Origin: Bugula neritina
Taxonomy: Eukaryota > Animalia > Bryozoa
Assembly: GCA_964035545.1 (NCBI GenBank)
Contig: OZ037766.1
Location: 7,740,722 to 7,804,721, forward strand
Direction of reading: 5' to 3'
DNA: 64,000 nt
Shown here: positions 1 to 10,658 of the stretch, in pieces
Layout of the letters: each line of letters starts with the position of its first letter
Position numbering within the stretch: the first letter of the stretch is position 1
Made by a program: the position numbers and the translations under genes
The notes under the pieces: generated by a model
Databases searched by the model: none
What the model saw: the letters and a program-made list of their open reading frames with translations, nothing else
Told to the model about the DNA's origin: nothing

Positions 1-326
1 CTGGCTATAAGATTCAATTACCTATATGATGGGCATTAAAATTGCAGTAATTATCTATTAAACTATGAGTGCCATATAATCACGTCAATTTTAGTGCTCA
101 TGTAGCTACTGCATCACTTAATAAAGTTTACTCAATTCAGTTTACTCAACTAACTCATTGATACCTGCTAATTGAGAATCAAAGTTTTCTTAGTATGGTA
201 ATTTCTTTGTGTAGCTACTATACTTTCATATTTGCATAATTAAAAATAATTTGATGAATTGGAGAATGCTGAATTGAAGACAGTCTTAATTTAGTTGTAA
301 CAACAAGCTGTTGCACATTACTTTAA

Positions 327-581
327 AAGGTAGGTTCAGTAACAGAGAAATTCTGAATTTTGTGTTCTTGTAAGATTTTTAATCTACCATACAAACTAAA
401 ATTCATGGAGACTATAGCTATAGTGCCAAGGTTTTTAATTTATTAACTTATGCGTAAAAATCTACAGGTTTATATAATATTTAAAAATAGAAACCTATAT
501 TCTCCGTTCTTCATCTTTACAAAAAAAGAGTCTAGAGCTAAATTCAGCCTGTTGATATTTCTCTGTTACTGAACCTGAATG
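327..581. mobile_element. Non-autonomous DNA transposon remnant (MITE), TTAA-flanked, Kolobok/piggyBac-type
   Basis: Perfect 20-bp inverted repeat AGGTTCAGTAACAGAGAAAT (332-351) / ATTTCTCTGTTACTGAACCT (557-576). TTAA lies 5 bp outside each arm (323-326, 582-585). The outermost 5 bp no longer match. Confidence 0.5.
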
Positions 582-774
582 TTAAAGTACGCAAACTGTG
601 AATCAAGTTATACAAAAGGCCTAAAACTGATAACATTTATGAGATATTATGTAATGTCACATGGCAGGAATTTTGTTGAATAAGTGAAAAGAAATAAGTC
701 CTACAAGGATTAGCTGTCTAGATAAAAATAACACACTCGCTCAGGTGTAGATGGCAGCATGAAATAATAAATAC

Positions 775-2780
775 CTTCTTCAACAGATACTCGACAACTC
801 GCGGTTGATTTGCAGCTGTGGCAATGTGTAGAAGTGTTTTTTGGCGGCAATCCACATATCCAGCTGACAACTTTCCACTGTATAGGAAGTAATGCACTAC
901 TTCCGTGTAGCCTAAGTTTATTGATTCTAGTAATCTGCTATAATGGACCTCTATCTTATCTCTGTGCCCCGTCAAATGTTCACTTGAGACTTTAGGCACC
1001 TCAGCTATTTGTTGATAGAATTTAATGACTGCCACCCAGATGTTGATCAACATAAATGATCGACTAGCTAGAATTAGCTGCACATGCTCTTTATTTCTTG
1101 TAGAAAGTTTTACGTCAGAGAGAATTGTTCTATATTCTGTAGTTCTTTCGGATGTAAATATATCTAAATAATCTAGAAACAAGTATATTCCAGCTGGCAT
1201 TGTCAGCTTCTTCGGGTATTCTCTAAGCAAAGCAGAAAGCAGTTCTTTAATGTCATTTTGCTTAACTTTTCCTGTCCGTAAACCTGTTTGAAAGGCAACT
1301 GTCATTTCATCCAACAATATTGAATGCTCTAAGGCTAATATTTCACAACGCTTTTCAACGCCGAACTCTGTAATCCAAAATTGAGCAAATCGGATGAAAT
1401 TGTTATCTGTGCACCAAGCTGTTAGATCTTTAAGGCTTTGGTTTGACCTTTGAAGCCATTCAGCTACAACCTCTTCATCTAGATACTCTATTATGTCAGA
1501 GTAATCAGTTCTTAGTTGCTCAGTAGGATTGGTGATATTTAGTGAATCTCCACTACTAAAAAAAATACATACAAAAATTTACACCATATGTAAACAAAAG
1601 CAAAATAGGGCAAGTTAGACTTGAAGATAATAAATTACCTAAAAGAAATTGTATTTATTGCATTATGAAGATGCTCTACTACAGTTATACTAGTAAGCAG
1701 TAAAGGAACTGTTACTGTTAAACATGGTTATCAGTATATTTTACTACTGTAATAATATGCTTTATATAGTCTATAGCAGTTTATAGTGTTTACACCAACT
1801 TTTAATTGCATTCTACAAGGTCTTTTTAAAATTTGACTTGACCAAAAACAGGAATTACTTACGTACATACATCTATCTTAAATTTATTAATATTTTTCAT
1901 AAAGGCATGTTTGCATCCATTATTAGATGTAATTTCTAATTACATAACTTAAGCACAGTTAAGAAAATCATGCTTAACAGTTACCTGCTGCTTTCAGTGC
2001 TTTGACTTCTATCACTAAACTGTTGAAAGTGTGCACCTACTGCTGGAAGAGGTTTGGGTTTAGGGAATTCATGATATGAGAGTACTTGGGAAGACTCTGG
2101 AAGTTTACTACTTCTGTATCCTTTTGGGCGTTTTCTCTTTTTCTTGCGCCGACCAATACCACTATCAGCTGATGATGGTGGTGTTGGAGTAGCAGTTTCT
2201 AAAAATATGCAAGCATAAACAAGTATTTCAATATAATATGAGCAGGTGCCAATGTATAGACAGTTGTACTGTACTAATTAATTTATCCCTTGAGCAATTC
2301 TATATTCATAACTTAAATAATGTAACACATTATAGAGCTCATTGCATTCTACCTGCATGCCTGTCAGTGATATCTAAAGATTCAAATGGTGTTATCAAGC
2401 CCGCTCTTCCATCATCACTTTCACTATCACTGCATCTAGATAAAGCATACATATTAAATAATATCAATATTGTCTTTGTAGGTCAAGGTATTTATTTCAA
2501 GAATTTCATATTTGCGCAATATGAATATAGGAAGTTTAAACTCTGATATTAGCAAATAGTTTAAGACTTGCAAAATATCGAGTAATGTAGCAAAGTTTTT
2601 GTTTTAGAATTATTCAAAACTGTTTGTTCAAAATAGACGAGTAGTGTTACTACTTAAAAAATATTCTCTTAAACAATGAAGTTATTTACCAGTAAAAAAA
2701 GAATAAAACAGAAGAAAATACCTGTAGGTTAAGCGAGAGACAACCACTAAATCTCGCAGGTCTTTCACTCCTCTACTCAT
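775..2780 (-). CDS. Ankyrin-repeat-containing protein, 5' part; the gene continues past the left window edge. Exons 2722-2780, 2353-2435, 1985-2198, 775-1555
   Basis: GT-AG boundaries with consistent phases (2,1,2,0) give one open frame: MSRGVKDLRDLVVVSRLTYR...GRRKKKRKRPK (NLS-like)...DYSDIIEYLDEEVVAEWLQRSN...KTLLHIATAANQPRVVEYLLKK (ankyrin-like TxLHxA...VVEYLL). Donor AAG|GTATTT at 775/774. Confidence 0.75.
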
Positions 2781-2919
2781 TGCCAAGAGGAAAGATTGCA
2801 CAAACTGAGTAAAGTTTTCTACAATATCAATAAAAAAATTTATGATGAGTTAATAGCTTATGTTATGTAGATTTTATATGCAACAAACTAAACACAATAC
2901 TCATTACTTGCTAAAAATA

Positions 2920-2949
2920 ACACACACACACACACACACACTCACACAC
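2920..2949. repeat. (CA)n microsatellite
   Basis: About 10 perfect AC units plus an interrupted tail. Confidence 0.9.
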
Positions 2950-3642
2950 TTCATTGCCAGTACAATCATCAGATTTTGTTAATCTGATGAATATTTCACT
3001 AAGCTATATAATTGTGCAATTTAATAACAGTTAAAGTACTTAATTTTAAATTTAGTGATATATGAAAAATTAAATTCATGATCACCACAATTATAAACAA
3101 CATATCGTGGTCATTCATGTCATATTAGTATCATATTAATGGTAATATAGCAATGTTTTCTCAAAATACTACTAGCTTCTTAGTGAAAGCAAATGAAAAA
3201 TTTAAACATTACAACAGAAACTTCAATAGTGTATGCAATTTTTTAAATAAAATTTATAACTCAAACTGTTGCATTGTACAATAATAAGCACAAAGACAAT
3301 GATTCGTCTTCTTTTAAATTTCTTAATTACACCAACTTTAAGCATGATATCAATTGTTTTCATTTTTATCGACAGTTTTTGCTTTTAATTTAGACAGCAT
3401 TCTAAATTAAATTTGCAATTTATAACTCTCGACTAAATTCTTTATTTAGCGTTCTAGCATTTGAGGAATGATGCATCTTATAAGTAAATTTAAGCACTGC
3501 TGTCGGTTACTGTTAGTGTTTCTGAAGTAACTTAAACTGAAGGTTACAGAAAAAATCTTGCTTTAGATTTATGAAACTATAAAAAACTAGTAATTTAATA
3601 AATGCATAGTTTGCTGATATAAAGTTAAGTGCCAGTGATTAC

Positions 3643-3800
3643 CAGTAAATGCAGTAGTTAATAAACTTTCTAAATTGTAATAAAAGCAGCATAGCCGCCA
3701 TACTCAAACCAGTAGTTGCTTATCAACCAAACGCCTACGCTAGATGGCGCAAGCAGAAATTAATAAGACCGAGGAGAATTGATATTTGCTCTCGGAGGGT
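3643..3800. promoter_or_regulatory. Probable compact bidirectional promoter with non-coding first exons (ankyrin gene on -, Vang on +)
   Basis: Local CpG enrichment in AT-rich DNA. Divergent YY1-like motifs GCCGCCAT (3694-3701) and AGATGGCG (3742-3749). Splice donors on both strands (minus CTG|GTAATC at 3643/3642; plus GG|GTAATT at 3798/3799). Both flanking ATG-containing exons are preceded by acceptors (2805-2806; 13789-13790). Confidence 0.5.
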
Positions 3801-4393
3801 AATTTTACTCGCTCGAAGAACTCATTAAAGCATAATTAAATTTTGGTTCTTCGCTACGATTTTCAATCCATTGTTTGAAAAGTTTTTGTCTGAATTTCTA
3901 CACGCAAATTGCGATTAAATGTTTATGTTGAGTTGTATTGGTACATTATTATTATATTATTCAAATTATTTGTGATTTACTAATATGTAAATTTCAGCTA
4001 ATGTTACTATTAGTATTATTTCTACTAGTCATAGTTAATACTTAATGTTATAGTTATACTAATACTTACAGTTATACTTATACTTATAGTTATAGATAAT
4101 ACTAATAGTAATAGTTAATGTTATGGTGAACTGAAAGTGAATATCATTCTCATTGTCATTGTGATTGTCGTTGTGAATATCATTGAAATCATCGTGATTA
4201 TCATTATCATTATGCTTACCTTATGATTACATTTGGTTTCATTAATAATAATAATGATGTAATCTTTATTAATATTAATATTATCATTATGATGATCCTT
4301 ATGGTTATTTACTTAAACTTATACTTATAGTTATTATAATTTATTATAAAATTAAATGTACTTGACTTATTATACTTATACTTATACTAATAC

Positions 4394-4699
4394 TGTTATA
4401 TTTTTCAGATTTAGGGTTGATATGCTATCCAGAGAGTCTATTTATCTAGTATAGAACTACACCAGGCTAAGTCGAGTGAACGAGTATATTTTATACACAA
4501 CTATACATTACAAAAACACGATACATTATTTCCAACAAGTTACACATCTAATCTATTTCACACTCTAGCTTCGACTGAGTTAGCAGCGGGAAACTACAAT
4601 TGCTGCTAACTATCAACTACGCTAATTGGCTATCCATTGTTCCGGGTCAATTACGCGACCCTACATGTTGTGCTGCTGGTAGTTCCACGAACCACCACA
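4394..4699 (-). repeat. 3' LTR of Gypsy element 1 (306 bp)
   Basis: Direct repeat of 11592-11897; plus-strand termini TGTT...CACA. Confidence 0.97.
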
Positions 4700-4710
4700 C
4701 CGCCCCCACC
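4700..4710 (-). other. Polypurine tract of Gypsy element 1
   Basis: Minus-strand GGTGGGGGCGG directly abuts the 3' LTR. Confidence 0.75.
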
Positions 4711-4988
4711 AGCAGAAAGCCATCTTTCTGATATATATATATAAAAAAACATTCAATAGTAATTGCATACATCAGTGGACAAAATAATACATGATATACA
4801 GGAAGAGACATAATAATAGACAGAGTCATTATAACGATCCGTTGCATACAATTGGCCAGCTGTAGATAGACGAGGAATACTAGCTAGCTGTGGTGTTAGA
4901 CCGGGGATAACCTGTTAAGCAGTCAAACATTTACATGACATCTGGGCTTCCCCCGAGAGGCAGAGTTGGAGTACCCCGAGTAGTCTAA

Positions 4989-5776
4989 CTAGAGTCCTTG
5001 TTGGGCACGCCGGTGCTTGGCTTGGCATGTACGCAGTTTCCGTTTCATACGGCATACGGATCCCTTGAGCTGGAAGAGTCCTGTTGTAGTGTTAAGTAGG
5101 TCTGGTGCCAGCTGGGTGAACTCTTCTTGTAATCGTAGGAGGCGTTCTTCTACTGTGGCTAGTCGTACCGGGTCGGGGGACGGTGTCCGTCTGCGGCGTA
5201 AGGGTGGACTGGGGGACCTGGTCCGTCTCTTCGCCGGGGTAGGGGAGATCTCTCCTTCTTCTGGATATGTAGTTTCCTCGGGGGTGTATGTAATTTGAGG
5301 GCGGTCAGACACCAACGGGGATTGTTGGCGGGCGTTGTCTAACACACGTTGGAACCCCGAGGATAGAACGGCTAATAGCATGGCCTTCTTTACCAGAGGT
5401 CGTATATATGTGAGGAACTCCGGGTACAGCTTAGCGTCGACCACATAGTTTTCTCCAGGGAAACAGCCCGCCGCTCTGTGTCTGGTGACGGGGTAGGGAT
5501 ACACATCATTGTACCCGCAGGGGCAGAAGGTCAGTAGGAGATGAGCATTGACGTGTAGTTTAAGGGAGCGGTGGGAGGCGCAATCTTCACCACAGATCTG
5601 GCATCTCGTCCGTCCTCTGGACCCCCAGGCTGTTTCTATTTCTTCTTCGGTTTGTGGAGACACCCACCGCCAACGGCGGCGTAGTGGCTCAGGCCGGTCG
5701 CCACTAGTATAGTCCTCCGGATACGGAGCGGGAAGTGTTCTATCCCGTACCCTGGTTGTAGCGGGTCGAGTGTAAT
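4989..5776 (-). CDS. ORF3 of Gypsy element 1, predicted second exon of a spliced protein (exon 1 = 11518-11560, 276 aa in total): C2H2 zinc finger + CxC..H..C motif + Arg/Ser/Pro tract + coiled coil
   Basis: The frame is open from the acceptor TTTTTCAG| (5777-5778; branch point TACTAAC 5796-5802) to TAG at 4989, with no ATG near the 5' end. Motifs: CQICGEDCASHRSLKLHVNAH, CPCGYNDVYPYPVTRHRAAGC, KRRTRSPSPPLRRRRTPSP, heptad-rich RLATVEERLLRLQEEFTQL. It lies inside the LTR boundaries. Confidence 0.8.
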
Positions 5777-6089
5777 CTGAAAAAGTTTCAACAGTGTTAG
5801 TACATTACACTGCTGTGTTGTCAGCTTGAACAGCTTGGCAACTCCTAATTCAGTTACCTCGTAGAGATTAATGATAGTGAATAGTCAGATAGAACCGTAT
5901 TGCAATGAGATTATGAAAATCTCTAAGTCAAACTGAGTTCTTACTACGGTATTCCACTAACCTATCTCCAGCTCGATTGACTCAGTGAGTCAGAGCTGAG
6001 CGATGCAATCTAGTTTCGTATTAAGATATAGTTAACTCACCCCACGATCTGTCGTCGTAAGACATACTGAATATGTGAAATGGTTTGAA

Positions 6090-9000
6090 CTACTGCTTAG
6101 AAACACGTCTACTCTTGACTGCATCAGCGTATGAAAAGATCGAGCAACGTGGTTGGGGTGCGTGATTAAGACTTTGTGCACCCGGCGGATGAATTTTGTT
6201 TCTACTTCCGCCGATACAAAAGTTGATATTTCCGTGGTGTTGACAACTCCCACATTTGCTCGATTCTTTTCTCGTACGGTTTTCCCCTAGACTTTCATGT
6301 GTGCCGCTTTTAACGCAGTCACATACGAAGTCTTTCAAGTATGCGGGGGGTTGCCTCGTACGCTGTCCCCTCTCTAGGGGGGGTGACACGCTTGCCGGTT
6401 CGTTAGTAGGGGCCTCTAATGGCGTCTCTACTTCACCGTCAGCAGTCACCTCTTCTTGTTCTCCGGATGGAGCCCCTCCCTCCGTGGGGGTTTGCACTTC
6501 CGGAACCGGCTCGGTTTCTGGAAGTGATGGAATCAGACTTGGCGGTGGCGGACACGCTTCTGTTGGTAGAAGCTGCCGCTCCTCTCTCACCAAGTTTTCT
6601 TCCCGCGGTATGACCACTTCGTATTCAGGTCCATGCCGCCGTCGCCCGCGCGTCGTTGTCTGCCTCCTGGGCTCTAACAACGGGGGGGCTTCTCCCACTC
6701 CGTCAGGGCTAGCCCAATACGGTTTCAAGCGAGACTCATTCTGGATAGACACCTGTCCTGAGCGCTCAATCTTGTACGTATGATTGGGCATAGCCTCGAC
6801 GACCACGTAGGGGCCTACGAACTTAGGCTTCAGCTTATCAGCCTGTCCGCGGCGCCTACGGTAATTGACCATCCACACCTTATCTCCCCTTTGATAGAGA
6901 GGTGGTTCATCGGAATCTTCGTGCCGCACCTTCCACTGCTGTTGGCGCAGTATATCGTGTGCGGCCTTCATCCGTTCCACTAGTTCACTGGCATACTCGT
7001 GGACTGAGTTATCTTGCTCTGGAACGTGATAGGTGAGATGGTCAGGGACACGAGTCTCTCTCCCGAGCATCAAGAGGTTTGGGGTCTCACCAGTACTGGT
7101 GTGTGGGGTGCTACGGTATGCACGCATGACTTGCGGCAACACCGTATCCCATTCCTCTTGACCTCGTCCAAGGAGGAGACTCCGGAGCGCATCACCTAGC
7201 ATCCGGTTGTTGCGCTCCACCACCCCGTTACCTTGAGGGTGGTAGGGGGTGGTCCTGCTCTGATTTACTCCCCAGAGGTGGCAAAGGTCGCTCATCAGTT
7301 GAGACTGGAATTGAGCGCCTTGATCAGAGTGTATCTGTTCGGGAAGCCCAAAATAACAGAATACATGTTGGTCTAGTGCCCTGGCCACTGTTGGGGCTGA
7401 TGCATCTGGGATAGCCAGAGCATCCGCCCACCTAGTAAAGTGGTCGGTTAGTACTAGGATCCAATTATTGCCTCTGGGGGTCATGGGCATGGGTCCGACC
7501 AGGTCTACAGCGACTACCTGCCAGGGCCTACCAGCATATAGCCTCCGCCGTCCTGCTTCACAAGGGGGGCGGCTATGCTTACTGGCCTGGCAGATCTCAC
7601 ACTGTTTGACTCTGAGCCGGACGTCACGCTCCATCTGCGGCCAATACCACCGGAGTCGTAATTTGGATATCACTCGCTTGACCCCTGCGTGGGCCTGCTT
7701 GTGAGTATCCCAAATCAACTCACGGCGGATGGCTGTGGGGCAGACTACCCTCTTCCTTCCCGGGTGTCTGCCGCTGGCAGCTAGAGAGATGGTTAGCAAC
7801 CCATCCTGCCCGATCCGCAGCGAGTCCCAACGCTGACAGTATAGCCGGAACTCGGCGCATCCCTGTCGTATGCGTTCCTCGCTGGGTCGTCGCCCTTCCT
7901 TTTTGGCCCGGTAGATGTCTGCCACGACTCCAGGCAGCTCTTCTTGGAGCTTCTTCAGCTCTCGAACATTACCGGCCAGTACAGGGTTGGCGCGGAGGTT
8001 TTGTACATCCTCCGGGGACTCGTCAACTCTTTGCCTGAGTTGACCTTGATCCCAGTCAAACGGTGCTCCGTGATGAGCCAGCGTCTCCAACTCACATCGT
8101 GGGGGACCTCCATCCCTCCTCTCGATGTTGAGACACTGTTTGCAACCTCCGTCAGGTCGGCGACTCAACCCATCCGCATTGTTGTGTCTCTTGCCCGGTC
8201 GGTGTTCGATCCGGTACGAGAATTCAGCTAAGATTTCGAGCCACCGGGCGACCTGACTAGAGGGCTCTGCTCTCCTGCACAACCAGATCAGCGAGGCATG
8301 ATCCGTACGCAGCCGGAACTTCCTGCCATATAGGTATGGTCTGAAGTGCTTCACTGACTTGATTACTGCCAGCAGCTCCTTGCGGGTAGTGCAGTAATTT
8401 CGTTCAGCGGGAGAGAGAGACTTGCTGTAGTAGGCTACTACTACCTCTCGGCCTTCCTGCACTTGTGACAGCACAGCGCCAACATTCTGGTCACTGGCGT
8501 CCGTGTCTAGGATGTACTCCAGAGTGGGGTCTGGGTAGGCCAAGATGGGCGCCGTTAGGAGGCAGCCCTTGAGGCGGTCGAACGCTTCTTGTTCGACTGG
8601 AGTCCACTGCCACGTCACTCCCTTTGCGGTAAGCCGGTTTAAAGGCTGGGCTATGCCCGCAAAGTCTGGTATGTATTGTCTGTAATACCCTACCAGCCCC
8701 AAGAAAGCCCGGAGTCCGGTCAAGTCTTGGGGGGTGACCCAGTCTTCTACTGCCCGTACCTTTTCGGGATCCGTTGCCACGCCGTTTCGACCGACAACGT
8801 GCCCCAGGTACTTGACCTCCGGCTGCAATAGAGCGCACTTGGAAGGTTTGAGCTTAAGACCGGCACCTCGGAGTCTCTCGAAAACCTCCTGCAGACGACT
8901 GACATGTGTCTCGAATTCTGGAGAGATTACGATGACATCATCGAGGTAGACCAGCAGTGTCTTCCAATGGAGTCCGCTAAGGACTTGTTCCATCAGCCTC

Positions 9001-10658
9001 TGGAAGGTGGCTGGGGCGGAGGTTAACCCGAAGGGCAGCACCTTCCACTTCCACAGACCGTCCCGTGTGATAAACGCCGCTTTCTCTTGGGCGTCGGGAC
9101 TCAGAGGAACCTGCCAATAGCCGCTTAGCAAGTCTAACGTACTGAAGTACTTGCTGCCGGCTAGGGCGTCCAATGACTCGTCAATACGAGGTAGAGGGTA
9201 GGCGTCCTGTATGGTTACGCTATTGAGTTTGCGGTAGTCCACACAGAACCGCCAACTGCCGTCTTTCTTCCGGACCAGTACGACTGGCGAGCTCCACGCA
9301 CTATGGGCGGGCTCTATCAGTCCCCGGTCCAGAAGATCCCGTACTTGTCGGCTAACCTCCTTCTCTTTCTCCGGCCCCAGCCTGCGTGTGGGCTGCCGGA
9401 CAGGGACTGTCCCTGCAGTCAGCGGTATTTCGTGTCTGACAATTCCAGTCAGTCCCACGTCATGCTCTCCGCTGCTGAACACATCACCGTAGTCGCGTAG
9501 TAACTTGGCCATAGCTTGGCGCTCTCTGTTACTCGCGCAGCCACCACTGGCTGTTTCGTATAACTCCCGGAGATGTGTTGGGACTGCCCCTCGTCCCTGA
9601 ATAGGGTGTCGAGGGAGTGCCTCTGTCGCATCACCCAGCGACGGGCCTACGTCTCCCTCTTGAACAGAGTGAAAACGGCCCAGCATCGACCCAGCCGGGA
9701 GCTTGATAGGCTCGGTAAAGGGGTTGACGCACTGCACTAAGATCTCCCCTTGCTCAGTCAGCTGATTCAGACTGCTGGCAAGTTGGATCTTTCCATGCGC
9801 GCCTTCAACCACCCCGAGTCCAGAGATCCGGCTACTATTCACCCTGCAGTGAATGGTAGCCCGGGAGCGGCCTGGTATGGTACGGTTGCGTACCACTTGC
9901 ACACCTCCCACTAAAAGGCAGCCGAACTTGTCGACGCAGGCGAGTTCCCGCCCGGACATCATCATTGCAGATCTGCTAAAATCTATGTGACATCCGTGCC
10001 GTTTAAGGAACGGCATCCCGAGGATAGCATCCTCTTTGAGCTGACTGACGATGAACGTCTCTTGGATCGTTTGATCGCGGACTCGTCCCGTCAGCTCAAT
10101 TATACCATAGAAGGGAAGGCACGACCCGTCAGCTAGGGTGCCGTATTCCCCTTCGTATGCTTCCATCTCGCCCCTGACCCTAGCACTGAGGGTGTCGAAG
10201 AGTTGGCGGCTTAAGAGGTTTGTGGTACAGCCCGAATCAATGAGAAAAGTAACAGCTTTGCCTTCCAGTTTACCGGGCAAGAAATAGCTGTTCCCATGGG
10301 GCTGCACCTGAACTCTCCCTTCAGGCCTTACTCTCGCAGGGAGTACCTCCCTCGCTTTGGGTCGCGAAGGAGGTCTCTTGGGGCGGTGATAGGTAGGCCT
10401 CGGGGGTGCCGAGGCTGAATTCTCAGCTACCTTTGTGTGCTCCCATCCAGATTCTTGGACTTGTAGCCCTGTGAATCTGTTGTGAAGGGGCATAGAAAAG
10501 GCAGCCGCGGGGCGAAGCCCTTTGCTGGTCCGTCGCGGCTGTTGCCACTGTTGGTTGCCAGTACGCGGTGCCCGTCTGGGTGACCTGCGTTTCTTCTTCC
10601 CTAGAGGTTTCGTCGGCCCGCGGAAGGTGGGAACATCTGCGGGCCGCGGTAGTTTAAC
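6090..10658 (-). CDS. pol: Gypsy pol polyprotein (protease, RT, RNase H, integrase), entered by -1 frameshift from gag
   Basis: FLIDSGC (aspartic protease), WRFCVDYRKLN, LPFGL and YLDD (RT), TDASD (RNase H), HKQAH...CEIC (IN zinc), VDLVGP/SDQG/VERNN (DDE), GPY. The ORF track shows 6090..10718 uninterrupted. Confidence 0.96.
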   Translation of the reverse strand, partial: VKLPRPADVPTFRGPTKPLGKKKRRSPRRAPRTGNQQWQQPRRTSKGLRPAAAFSMPLHNRFTGLQVQESGWEHTKVAENSASAPPRPTYHRPKRPPSRPKAREVLPARVRPEGRVQVQPHGNSYFLPGKLEGKAVTFLIDSGCTTNLLSRQLFDTLSARVRGEMEAYEGEYGTLADGSCLPFYGIIELTGRVRDQTIQETFIVSQLKEDAILGMPFLKRHGCHIDFSRSAMMMSGRELACVDKFGCLLVGGVQVVRNRTIPGRSRATIHCRVNSSRISGLGVVEGAHGKIQLASSLNQLTEQGEILVQCVNPFTEPIKLPAGSMLGRFHSVQEGDVGPSLGDATEALPRHPIQGRGAVPTHLRELYETASGGCASNRERQAMAKLLRDYGDVFSSGEHDVGLTGIVRHEIPLTAGTVPVRQPTRRLGPEKEKEVSRQVRDLLDRGLIEPAHSAWSSPVVLVRKKDGSWRFCVDYRKLNSVTIQDAYPLPRIDESLDALAGSKYFSTLDLLSGYWQVPLSPDAQEKAAFITRDGLWKWKVLPFGLTSAPATFQRLMEQVLSGLHWKTLLVYLDDVIVISPEFETHVSRLQEVFERLRGAGLKLKPSKCALLQPEVKYLGHVVGRNGVATDPEKVRAVEDWVTPQDLTGLRAFLGLVGYYRQYIPDFAGIAQPLNRLTAKGVTWQWTPVEQEAFDRLKGCLLTAPILAYPDPTLEYILDTDASDQNVGAVLSQVQEGREVVVAYYSKSLSPAERNYCTTRKELLAVIKSVKHFRPYLYGRKFRLRTDHASLIWLCRRAEPSSQVARWLEILAEFSYRIEHRPGKRHNNADGLSRRPDGGCKQCLNIERRDGGPPRCELETLAHHGAPFDWDQGQLRQRVDESPEDVQNLRANPVLAGNVRELKKLQEELPGVVADIYRAKKEGRRPSEERIRQGCAEFRLYCQRWDSLRIGQDGLLTISLAASGRHPGRKRVVCPTAIRRELIWDTHKQAHAGVKRVISKLRLRWYWPQMERDVRLRVKQCEICQASKHSRPPCEAGRRRLYAGRPWQVVAVDLVGPMPMTPRGNNWILVLTDHFTRWADALAIPDASAPTVARALDQHVFCYFGLPEQIHSDQGAQFQSQLMSDLCHLWGVNQSRTTPYHPQGNGVVERNNRMLGDALRSLLLGRGQEEWDTVLPQVMRAYRSTPHTSTGETPNLLMLGRETRVPDHLTYHVPEQDNSVHEYASELVERMKAAHDILRQQQWKVRHEDSDEPPLYQRGDKVWMVNYRRRRGQADKLKPKFVGPYVVVEAMPNHTYKIERSGQVSIQNESRLKPYWASPDGVGEAPPLLEPRRQTTTRGRRRHGPEYEVVIPREENLVREERQLLPTEACPPPPSLIPSLPETEPVPEVQTPTEGGAPSGEQEEVTADGEVETPLEAPTNEPASVSPPLERGQRTRQPPAYLKDFVCDCVKSGTHESLGENRTRKESSKCGSCQHHGNINFCIGGSRNKIHPPGAQSLNHAPQPRCSIFSYADAVKSRRVSKQ

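Noticed and set aside
4989-5776. ORF3 as an env gene
   Set aside because: No signal peptide, no fusion-protein-like architecture and no C-terminal TM anchor. It has zinc-finger and basic motifs instead.
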